Positions 28,552 through 36,322 of a stretch of 64,000 bases of DNA are shown piece after piece. Origin of the DNA: Chlamydiales bacterium (lineage in GTDB: Bacteria; Chlamydiota; Chlamydiia; Chlamydiales; SM23-39); assembly GCA_030681135.1 (NCBI GenBank), contig JAUXXF010000004.1, positions 699 to 64,698 on the forward strand, in the 5' to 3' direction. The notes under the pieces were generated by a model. That model was given only the letters and a program-made list of their open reading frames with translations, was not told the DNA's origin and ran no database searches. Position 1 is the first letter of the stretch, and every line of letters begins with the position of its first letter. The translations under genes and the position numbers were made by a program.

Positions 28552-30645
28552 TCAAGGCTTTAAAAGGTTATTACCAGTCTCATTAAGCATTCCATAATTT
28601 TCTGGATATTCTCCATTTCGTTCAATATGTGTATTTAGATGCGTTTCTAGAACTTTCTGAAAAGTAGGAGAGTCAAATCCATGGTCTATACCTTCGGCAT
28701 CAGGATGAGGATCTAAAAAAATAAGCTCTTTTCTGTCTTGAATAAGGATTTGCATCTGATCGGAGCTTTCCATATCGCTTGGATCTAAGAAACTTGCAAA
28801 TACTATCTCCCCGTAGTGTACTATATCATTTTTGCTGGCATAATTAAAAGATTTATAACACATGCGATCTGGAATCACCTTAGCTCCACCAAGATTGATG
28901 ACCAAAACTCGATCTGTTACTTCTTCGGGTAGACTTGCTAAAGTGTTATAGACATGAATAGCCCCTTGGCTATGACATGTCTGTACTAATTTCATATTGG
29001 GATTATCTTTATGGATTTCATGGAAGTCCATCCATTGTTTTTTGAGCAGTTCAGTATTATTTGGCGAGTATCCTACATAATTGCATGAAAAAATTTCCAA
29101 AAGATCGACGGGCGCGCTATGAGATCGATTGTAGATGAAATCGATAGCTTGATTTTCTGGTACTAGGCTTTTAAGGTATCTTTGATGGCCCAGTGCTCCT
29201 TCTCTAGTTGTGTTCATCCCATTAATACCTGAAATCCATATGTCTTGATTGGGAATTCCAAGAGTAGGAAGTTTTTCCGAGGTGTGTTCTTTATAAAATT
29301 GTTTTGTATTAGTCCAAAGGTTGTCTTTGTTTTCAACTTGTTTAGGATCTTGTGGCAAAGAGGTGCTGCTGTTATCGATTTGATTAAGATCTTCTGACAA
29401 AGTGGCGGAGTTATTGTTATCGGTTCGATTGAGATCTTGCAAATTCGGTATTATTGGATCTTCAGCAGCTATAGGGAAAAATATTTTAGGGGTTTTTTCT
29501 TTGGGGGGATCAAGGGGATCTGGCGTTGAAAAGTACGGTGAATTTTGAGGAATAACTGGAGGCAGACCAACGGGACCTTGTTGTATTTGTGGAGAAGGAT
29601 GAGAAGGTGTCGTTGAAGACGATTGTGGAGGGAAGATAGGGGGAGGTTGCAAAAAGCTAGGGAATGGTTCGGGAGGTTGAATGTTACGCTCAGTGAAGTA
29701 GGGATCGTTGAGAAGTCGGTTCCATTCTTTGTCTCTTGGAGATTCACGACTTGAAGAATAGTTGTTTTCTTGTAGCGTATTAGGAAAATTGTTGTACGGG
29801 GGGGTGTTTTCCGTCTTCGGAAAGTTTTCACTTTGATGTTGGATAGAATACAAAGACGACGGTGTAGGCGCTTCATAATCGAGATAGGGCTTGTCAGAAG
29901 CTGTTGGTGGATGATTGTCACGATTATTAAAGAGGTTATCAGGAGTTGTTTGTGGGTGATCGTCGTGATGATTACAGAGGTTATTAGGAGTCGTTTGCGG
30001 GTGATCATCACGATCATTACAGAGTTTATCAAGAGCTGCACCACTAGCTGTTGCGATGGCACCTGCTGCAGGAGGTAGCACAACCGCTACAATGACGATC
30101 GCGGTTACAGCTACAGCGCCTATAATGATTTCAACTTTATGTTTCCTCCAGAATTTTCCAACATTATGGCAGCCTTTCTTAAAAGACTTTTTGAAACCGC
30201 ACTGTAAGACAATGGCGTTGTTTGGATAATGGTTTTCTGCAAAGACAAAGTCATTGGGCTGATCAAAATAGATCATCGGATGACAAGGAGAATCGAAAAA
30301 GCTTGGCTCTTCATCGAACTCATCACCGATATATTCTATGTTTCTGCCCCATAGAGAATATCCAAGATCTTCAAGTCGATGATCCAGAGGAAATCCATGC
30401 TTGTTATAGGGCTCTCTTAGATTGGCTAAGAAGAAAAGCTGTTTTTCGATATGGTCAGCGCGTTTGCTTGCAGCTGCGATATGCGGCTTCGCATCTTGCA
30501 AAGCGTTTTCTATTCTGTCTTGTGCACTCTCTAATCCAGCAGAATGTTTGCTGACAACGCGTCCTTGCCAGATACTTTCAAACTCGCATTCTTCTTGTTG
30601 TGTAAATTCTACGTTAGATTCGTTCGAACAGCTTTCTACAGACAT
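28552..30645 (-). CDS. membrane-anchored protein with Pro-rich repeat linker and C-terminal alpha/beta-hydrolase (lipase-like) domain
   Basis: ATG 30645 lies 5 nt after GGAGG (the ORF track starts at TTG 30657). One long TM segment 'VEIIIGAVAVTAIVIVAVVLPPAAGAIATASGAAL'. The C-terminal block is 'WISGINGMN...IYNRSHS...LVQTCHSQGAIHVYN...GIDHGF', with the nucleophile-elbow-like Ser codon at 28969-28971. Confidence 0.6.
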   Translation of the reverse strand: MSVESCSNESNVEFTQQEECEFESIWQGRVVSKHSAGLESAQDRIENALQDAKPHIAAASKRADHIEKQLFFLANLREPYNKHGFPLDHRLEDLGYSLWGRNIEYIGDEFDEEPSFFDSPCHPMIYFDQPNDFVFAENHYPNNAIVLQCGFKKSFKKGCHNVGKFWRKHKVEIIIGAVAVTAIVIVAVVLPPAAGAIATASGAALDKLCNDRDDHPQTTPNNLCNHHDDHPQTTPDNLFNNRDNHPPTASDKPYLDYEAPTPSSLYSIQHQSENFPKTENTPPYNNFPNTLQENNYSSSRESPRDKEWNRLLNDPYFTERNIQPPEPFPSFLQPPPIFPPQSSSTTPSHPSPQIQQGPVGLPPVIPQNSPYFSTPDPLDPPKEKTPKIFFPIAAEDPIIPNLQDLNRTDNNNSATLSEDLNQIDNSSTSLPQDPKQVENKDNLWTNTKQFYKEHTSEKLPTLGIPNQDIWISGINGMNTTREGALGHQRYLKSLVPENQAIDFIYNRSHSAPVDLLEIFSCNYVGYSPNNTELLKKQWMDFHEIHKDNPNMKLVQTCHSQGAIHVYNTLASLPEEVTDRVLVINLGGAKVIPDRMCYKSFNYASKNDIVHYGEIVFASFLDPSDMESSDQMQILIQDRKELIFLDPHPDAEGIDHGFDSPTFQKVLETHLNTHIERNGEYPENYGMLNETGNNLLKP
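29887..30021 (-). repeat. three tandem 45-bp (15-codon) repeats within the 28552..30645 CDS
   Basis: CNDRDDHPQTTPNNL / CNHHDDHPQTTPDNL / FNNRDNHPPTASDKP. The periodicity is visible in the DNA (ggtgatcgtcgtgatgattacagaggttattagg...). Confidence 0.85.
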
Positions 30646-30779
30646 GGGTTCCTCCAAGGAAAAATGATGGGTTACGATTCTATAGAAAATATTTTATTTG
30701 GCAACAAGAAAAATATGAAACTATAAGTCGTTGACAATAAGATTTTTATAATTTAACGAGGCGCTTCTCTTAAAAGTTC

Positions 30780-31649
30780 GTGAACAAAAAATCACTGTTC
30801 TATAAACTTTTTTCTATGATTATTGAAGACTTTGCTACAAACGACCTACAAAAGCCTGAGGCTAATCGAAAGCAGCCCTACTTTTCTTTACTGCTTTGTA
30901 TTTTTCTATGTCTGACAAGCGTGGTTTTTTCTCAGGAGGCTCTCGAATCTGCAAAGATGGAGTGTAATGATTACGTTGAGCGGATTGATTCAACGATCCA
31001 ATTTGTTCCGCTTACTCCTCAGATAGCTAAGGAGTATCATATTGAAGAGTGGCTCGAAAAAGACATTGGTTTTTCAAAATGGATCGTTGTTTTCAATGAG
31101 ATTCCTGGAGAAGCTCCGCACAGCCTTCAAGAGAAACGTATATTTCGACTCAATCCAGAGCGTTTTCATCCTTTACAACTCCCTGAGGTCGCTGACATGT
31201 TGGCGTTAAAAAAACAAGGGACGACGACTTGGTTTATTGTGAGCGCCCGAGGTTATCTTCCTGGAGAAAAGGTGATTTGGCGGTTGGTTTCAGAGCGTTC
31301 GAAAGACTTTAAAGAAATTGCCTTTTATCCAAGGCCATTAGTGCTTAAAAAGAAATCTGGAGAGATACTGGCTAAAGCTTCTTTACTATTTTCGTTAGCG
31401 GTGACTAGCTATAGGTTGGACATCTCGGGAATTCAAGAAGAAGAGCTTTTTAAATTTCTTTCCGTTTCTAAGCATGAAAAGATCCGTCAGGTGTTAAAAG
31501 GACCCACTTTCATGAATATTTTGCCAGATGTGATTGGAAGCCGAGGAGGAATTGCTGAGGTGACTCTTACTCTAAAAGACGGCTGCTCCCATAAAGTCGA
31601 ACTTCCTTGGGGCTCAGAATTGTTTAAATATAGCAAAGGCGAGAAGTAA
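30780..31649 (+). CDS. hypothetical protein with N-terminal hydrophobic segment
   Basis: GTG start from the ORF track (an internal ATG is possible). 'YFSLLLCIFLCLTSVVFSQEA' looks like a signal peptide or signal anchor. No other motif. Confidence 0.45.
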   Translation: MNKKSLFYKLFSMIIEDFATNDLQKPEANRKQPYFSLLLCIFLCLTSVVFSQEALESAKMECNDYVERIDSTIQFVPLTPQIAKEYHIEEWLEKDIGFSKWIVVFNEIPGEAPHSLQEKRIFRLNPERFHPLQLPEVADMLALKKQGTTTWFIVSARGYLPGEKVIWRLVSERSKDFKEIAFYPRPLVLKKKSGEILAKASLLFSLAVTSYRLDISGIQEEELFKFLSVSKHEKIRQVLKGPTFMNILPDVIGSRGGIAEVTLTLKDGCSHKVELPWGSELFKYSKGEK

Positions 31650-31791
31650 TTCCTTGCTCTCTAAATAACTCTTCATTTTTCTTAAATATTTTTTTGAGAA
31701 CAAGAAAGATTCTCATAAGTTGACTCTTGATAGTAATATAGAGATAGGCTTAGCTTTATTTTAAAGATCATTTATTTTCTAACAAGGGATT

Positions 31792-31836
31792 CCAAAGGGC
31801 GTCAGCCCTTTGGTGGAGTTTGAGGCGAAGCCTCAA
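31792..31836 (+). other. two adjacent GC-rich hairpins in the pyk leader
   Basis: ccaaagggc-gtca-gccctttgg (31792-31813, 9-bp perfect stem) and ttgaggc-gaa-gcctcaa (31820-31836, 7-bp stem). They end 17 nt upstream of the pyk ATG and directly before the GCGGAG RBS. Confidence 0.4.
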
Positions 31837-31853
31837 CAACCAAAAAAGCGGAG

Positions 31854-33644
31854 ATGCGCAAGATGAATCGAACAAAAATTGTATGCACGATTGGGCCGGC
31901 TGTTGCGAGTTTTGAGAAGATTTTGGCGTTGATCGATGCGGGGATGAGCGTAGCGAGGCTGAATTTTAGTCATGGGACGCACGAAGAGCATAAGAAGGTG
32001 ATTGAGCTCTTGAAGAAAGCGAGGGCGGCAGCAAAGAAACCTTTGGCGATTATGTTGGATACAAAGGGCCCGGAGCTTCGTGTGGGGAAGATCCCTGGAG
32101 AGACGTTGCCTTTGCAGGCGGGGCAGAGATTTAAGTTAGTGGAAAAAAGTGAGAGGGAAGAGGAGATTCCGGTACATCCTTTTGATGCTTTTGGACGCGT
32201 CTCCGTAGGGATGAAAGTGTTGTTTGATGATGGCTACATTGCGAGTGAGGTGGTAGGAAAAGAAGCCGGATTTATTGAGGTAGAAATCAGTAATTCGGGA
32301 GTATTAAAGAGCAATAAGGGGATCAATGTCCCGGGAGCTGTGTTAAATTTGCCAGCGATGACGCAGCAAGACATGCTCGATTTACAGTTCGGCTGCCAGC
32401 AAGAAGTAGATTACGTAGCAGCCTCTTTTGTCCGCTCTTCTCATCATGTTCTTTCGATTAAGGAATTTTTGGCGAAAGAAGGGGGAGCAGATATTTTGGT
32501 GATTGCAAAAATCGAAAATGCTGAAGGGGTAGAGCATTTCGATAGCATTGTGCAAGTGGCCGATGGGATCATGATTGCTAGGGGAGATTTGGGGGTAGAA
32601 GTAGATCTTGCCCAAGTACCAAGGCTGCAGAAAATGATGATCCGCAAGTGTTATTTAGCTTGCAAACCGGTTGTAACAGCCACCCAAATGCTCGAATCAA
32701 TGATCGTCAATCCTCGTCCTACTCGAGCTGAAGTGTCTGATGTCGCAAATGCCATCTATGATGTTACCTCGGCCGTCATGTTATCTGGAGAAACGGCTAT
32801 TGGTAAATATCCCATCGAAACAGTTCAAAGAATGAGCCAAATTATTCGGGAAGCAGAAGAAGATTTTAACTATCATGCCTTTTTCGATGAACATTCTAAA
32901 AAGGATTATCATGACATTTCCTCTTCTGTTGCAGGCGCTGCAGTAAAAACGGCTTATGGAGTCAATGGGAAGGCGATTTTTGCCTTTACTTGTTCGGGTA
33001 CAACAGTCCGTTTAGTATCCAGACTTCGTCCTGCAATGCCTATTATCGGCTTGACGAATCGAGAAAAAATTTATCATCAATTAGCCTTTAATTGGGGAGT
33101 GATTCCTGTCTTGTCGGAGCAGTGTAGAAATGCCAAAGAAGCTTTTGCAACGGCCAGTTCTTATGCCCTAGAACATAAAATCATTGCCTTTGGAGATGTG
33201 GTTGTTGTGACTGCGGGGGTGCCTTTTGGGAAAAAAGGATCTACCAACATGATGATGGTCGAGAGCATTGGAGAAGTGTTGGTAAGAGGACATAAAGGAT
33301 TTGGCCACAGAGTGTCTGGAAAAGTCACGATCGTTCTCTCCTCTGAAGCCCGCACTGTGGAACAAATCAAAGATAAACTTGTGGTGCTGGCCCACTGCGA
33401 TCATGAGTGTCTGTCTCTTTTAAAACAGGCCAAGGGAATTATTCTGCAAAACTATATCGGAGATATCGCTTCAGAGAAATATGCAGAATTGATAGGGAAA
33501 AACTATAACATTTCTGTGATGACAAGAGCAGATGGCGCCATGGCCTCTTTAAAAGAAGGGGAAGAGGTGACTCTAGATCCGACCCGAGGAATCGTTTATC
33601 AAGGATCTGAAGAGGCACCTTCTTGCAAGATTTTATCTATCTGA
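31854..33644 (+). CDS. pyk: pyruvate kinase with C-terminal PEP-utilizer-like extra domain
   Basis: 'TKIVCTIGP', 'MSVARLNFSHG', 'IAKIENAEG' and 'MIARGDLGVE' mark the core. About 115 extra C-terminal residues end in 'EGEEVTLDPTRGIVYQG', as in Bacillus-type PKs. Confidence 0.92.
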   Translation: MRKMNRTKIVCTIGPAVASFEKILALIDAGMSVARLNFSHGTHEEHKKVIELLKKARAAAKKPLAIMLDTKGPELRVGKIPGETLPLQAGQRFKLVEKSEREEEIPVHPFDAFGRVSVGMKVLFDDGYIASEVVGKEAGFIEVEISNSGVLKSNKGINVPGAVLNLPAMTQQDMLDLQFGCQQEVDYVAASFVRSSHHVLSIKEFLAKEGGADILVIAKIENAEGVEHFDSIVQVADGIMIARGDLGVEVDLAQVPRLQKMMIRKCYLACKPVVTATQMLESMIVNPRPTRAEVSDVANAIYDVTSAVMLSGETAIGKYPIETVQRMSQIIREAEEDFNYHAFFDEHSKKDYHDISSSVAGAAVKTAYGVNGKAIFAFTCSGTTVRLVSRLRPAMPIIGLTNREKIYHQLAFNWGVIPVLSEQCRNAKEAFATASSYALEHKIIAFGDVVVVTAGVPFGKKGSTNMMMVESIGEVLVRGHKGFGHRVSGKVTIVLSSEARTVEQIKDKLVVLAHCDHECLSLLKQAKGIILQNYIGDIASEKYAELIGKNYNISVMTRADGAMASLKEGEEVTLDPTRGIVYQGSEEAPSCKILSI

Positions 33645-34557
33645 GTTTTGAAAAAGCCAATTTTGTCATTTTGGAAAGAATTAAAGCGGCCCCTAATCCT
33701 GTTAGCGTTTCAGCAACTGTATGACAAACGCTGACTGTTGTATAAATGAGCGCAGCGTCGGTTAATGCATAAGCTCCATAGACCAAAGGAAGAAAGCGGG
33801 ACACTTGGGATAGATCGACTGCAGTGATCGTTCGAGCTGTAAGGGCCGCTAGAAGAGTTTTTAACATCATATGGCCCGAAGGATCGAATCCCTCTTTGAA
33901 CTCACTCGGATAGAGGATAGGGACAACAATCGCACTGACTACAAGACATAGGTAAGCTGCTCTCTCTCCTGTAACATTCTTTTTTAGCGCTGATCCTATA
34001 CGCGTCAACAGTTCCTGGTCTTCTTTGTTTTTGCAGACGTCCAAGGCGATTTGTAAAACCAAAGGAGCTAGAGGTATCAATGGAGAAAACTGCGTGATTT
34101 CCAGTTGCTTTAAAGAGTTGATCGTCTGAAAACCTGGAATCTCTTCAAATACATGTTTTGCAAGAGTTTTATCTTTAAAGCTTAGTTCTGTCGATTGAAA
34201 AAACCGCTGCGCAAATCCTCCAATAGTTCCTAAAACAATCCCATAATAGGGGAGAATCGAGGAGTTTTTTGTTTTTTTCAGCTCAGGGGAAGGAGAAACT
34301 GGCTTACGCGTAGCTGTTGGCATGAAAGGGATTTTTATATTGTCTATTTTTTGGTAGGCCTGATTATTTAACGAATTCCATTGAATGCGAAGTTTTTTAA
34401 ACTGCTTGCAGCCAGCTTCGAGGTGTGCGATTTTTTGTTGAAGATCAAAGATTTCTTTGGGGAGATGCGATAAGCGTAAATCGTTACCACATGCTTTGAG
34501 CTCTTTAACAAGAGTTTTTTGACTATAATATTCAGAGGATTGTATTTTCATATTCAC
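33637..34557 (-). CDS. multi-pass membrane protein with PAP2-like (SGH...HxxxE) C-terminal motifs
   Basis: N-terminal coiled-coil-like ~90 aa, then ~6 hydrophobic segments. 'FDPSGH' (His codon 33871-33873) and 'VCHTVAE' (His codon 33721-33723) lie 50 residues apart, which resembles the C2/C3 motifs of lipid phosphate phosphatase / sphingomyelin-synthase-type enzymes. Confidence 0.4.
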   Translation of the reverse strand: MNMKIQSSEYYSQKTLVKELKACGNDLRLSHLPKEIFDLQQKIAHLEAGCKQFKKLRIQWNSLNNQAYQKIDNIKIPFMPTATRKPVSPSPELKKTKNSSILPYYGIVLGTIGGFAQRFFQSTELSFKDKTLAKHVFEEIPGFQTINSLKQLEITQFSPLIPLAPLVLQIALDVCKNKEDQELLTRIGSALKKNVTGERAAYLCLVVSAIVVPILYPSEFKEGFDPSGHMMLKTLLAALTARTITAVDLSQVSRFLPLVYGAYALTDAALIYTTVSVCHTVAETLTGLGAALILSKMTKLAFSKLR

Positions 34558-34558
34558 T

Positions 34559-34975
34559 TTAGCGCTTTCCTTCTAGAACAAGGTACATCGGATAAAAGGC
34601 TATTGTATCCTTTAGAGCAATTTCTACTTCATTGCTACTGATATTTGTTAATGCTTTTAAAAAACTTTCTACGTTATCCACAGGTCTACAGTTTTGGCCT
34701 GTCTGGATGAGATCGTGAGCTAAAATGATGTGAAAAAGCGTTGCTATCAGTCCCACTGAAGAGAGAATGAGTCCTCCGGTGGCCAGTGCAACAATTGTCT
34801 TAGCGGCTAATGGCACTGCACATAGTGCTGCCAAGCCTCCTAGGGAGCGAAATGCAACAGAAGCGGTTCTCCACTCTCGAGTTTCTTGAATAAGATCGGT
34901 ACCATTTAGAACTGTAGAGAAGTCGTAGGACAGTGTTTTCAAGAAAATAATTGCTGAATTGTTTTGTATATCCAT
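34559..34975 (-). CDS. Inc-like membrane protein, paralog of 35152..35568 (138 aa)
   Basis: Bilobed hydrophobic core 'FRSLGGLAALCAVPLAAKTIVALATGGLILSSVGLIATLFHIILAHDLIQTG'. Same length and block order as the paralog. Confidence 0.5.
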   Translation of the reverse strand: MDIQNNSAIIFLKTLSYDFSTVLNGTDLIQETREWRTASVAFRSLGGLAALCAVPLAAKTIVALATGGLILSSVGLIATLFHIILAHDLIQTGQNCRPVDNVESFLKALTNISSNEVEIALKDTIAFYPMYLVLEGKR

Positions 34976-35110
34976 TATAAATACCTTTTTCTAAGGATTG
35001 CGCAACAATTGTTGCTTATTAATGAATTAAGTGGCAATGACTTTTTTAAGTCAAAGATGCTGGTAGCAGCGAAAGGTATTTAATAATTTTTTGAAAATCG
35101 CTTTGAGAAC

Positions 35111-35139
35111 ATGCGATAACCGTAAAACGGTTATCGCAT
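35111..35139 (-). terminator. perfect 12-bp stem hairpin downstream of 35152..35568
   Basis: atgcgataaccg-taaaa-cggttatcgcat, 12 nt after the stop codon. No strong T-tract. Confidence 0.4.
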
Positions 35140-35151
35140 CTTTACAACTCT

Positions 35152-35568
35152 TTAGTGAGAGTTTTTTTCATAAGCAAGATATAATGGATAAAAGGCTATT
35201 GTGTCGTTAAAAACGATTTGCGCATTGTCTTTAAAAGAATTTTTGAGCGCTTTTATGAATCCAGTCTCAGGTCTGAGGTTGTAGCCTGTCTGGATGAAAT
35301 CGTGAGCTAAAATTGCTCCAAAGAGAGTTACGGGAACTAACACATGAGGGAGGATCCATCCTCCAGCGGCGATTACAACAATCGTCTTGGCGGCCAGTAG
35401 TATTGCATCTAATGCTATCAAGCCTCCTATGGAGCGAAACGCGATAGAGGCAATTCTCAATTTTACACGGTCTTGAGTAAAATCAGTGGTTTTTAATGTC
35501 TCTGAGACGTCATTGGAAAGATTTTTCAAGAAAAGAGTTGGTTGGCTGTTTTGTATATAAGCGATCAT
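35152..35568 (-). CDS. Inc-like membrane protein, paralog of 34559..34975 (138 aa)
   Basis: 'FRSIGGLIALDAILLAAKTIVVIAAGGWILPHVLVPVTLFGAILAHDFIQTG', and the C-terminal 'DTIAFYP(L/M)YL' is shared with the paralog. Confidence 0.5.
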   Translation of the reverse strand: MIAYIQNSQPTLFLKNLSNDVSETLKTTDFTQDRVKLRIASIAFRSIGGLIALDAILLAAKTIVVIAAGGWILPHVLVPVTLFGAILAHDFIQTGYNLRPETGFIKALKNSFKDNAQIVFNDTIAFYPLYLAYEKNSH

Positions 35569-35615
35569 AAATACCTCGGTTAAGGATTGCGCAGCAATTA
35601 TCCCCTTTTAGAAAA

Positions 35616-36320
35616 TTAAGGAGCAAGAATTTTTTGCCAACCAAAGATGCTGGCAGCGGCGATGGGCGCGGTTTCTGTCCGCAGGATATATTCGCTTAGT
35701 TGCATTCCTTGGGCAGATGTTTCGAGTTTAGCTTGTTCTTCTTTTGAAAATCCCCCTTCAGGACCAGTAATGAAAAGGAGGGGAAAGGAAGCTTTTTCTA
35801 GGGGTTTTGCTGAAGTTCTGGTGTCGCCATAGTAAATAGAAGCCTCCTTTGTAAGGAGTGAAGAAATATTGGCTGCAACTTCCAAGTGAGGGAAAAAAAG
35901 ACGGCCTGATTGTTTTATTGCGGAAAGGAGGATTGTATGGAGCCTTTCGAGCTGATGAGTAGATAACAGTTTTTTTTCTCCCAAATCGGAAGGGTAAAAA
36001 AAGAAACTATCGACGCCAAGTTCTGTCCCTTTTTCCACGATCCATTCAAGTTTCGAAGGGCGAAGAAAAGGGATGCCGAGCATCATTTGGGGCAGAGATG
36101 GAGGCTCTTTATGAGAAGTGTCAATATGCAAGAGGGCCTGTTTTTTATTGAGAGAAGTAACAGTGGCTTTTGCCAATGCCCCTTCTCCATTGATGAGTTC
36201 GACCTCTTCTCCGACAGATAGACGCATGACATGCATCATGTGGTGATGTTCAGTGCCTTCTAGAGAGACTTGAGTATCTACTTGAAGAGGGTTTGCTACA
36301 TAAAAACGGTTGTATGGCAT
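35616..36320 (-). CDS. rsmE: 16S rRNA (uracil1498-N3)-methyltransferase
   Basis: Start reset to 'MPYNRFYV'. 'HHMMHVMRLSVGEEVELINGEG' (PUA-like N-terminus) and 'ITGPEGGFSKEE' followed by 'LRTETAPIAA' are typical of RsmE. Confidence 0.85.
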   Translation of the reverse strand: MPYNRFYVANPLQVDTQVSLEGTEHHHMMHVMRLSVGEEVELINGEGALAKATVTSLNKKQALLHIDTSHKEPPSLPQMMLGIPFLRPSKLEWIVEKGTELGVDSFFFYPSDLGEKKLLSTHQLERLHTILLSAIKQSGRLFFPHLEVAANISSLLTKEASIYYGDTRTSAKPLEKASFPLLFITGPEGGFSKEEQAKLETSAQGMQLSEYILRTETAPIAAASIFGWQKILAP

Positions 36321-36322
36321 GA

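Noticed and set aside
29469-30083. 204-aa alternative-frame ORF on the same strand inside the lipase-like gene, and the + strand ORF 29833..30078.
   Set aside because: They are open only because of the repetitive, low-complexity Pro/Gln/His-coding region. The main frame carries the TM segment and the hydrolase motifs.
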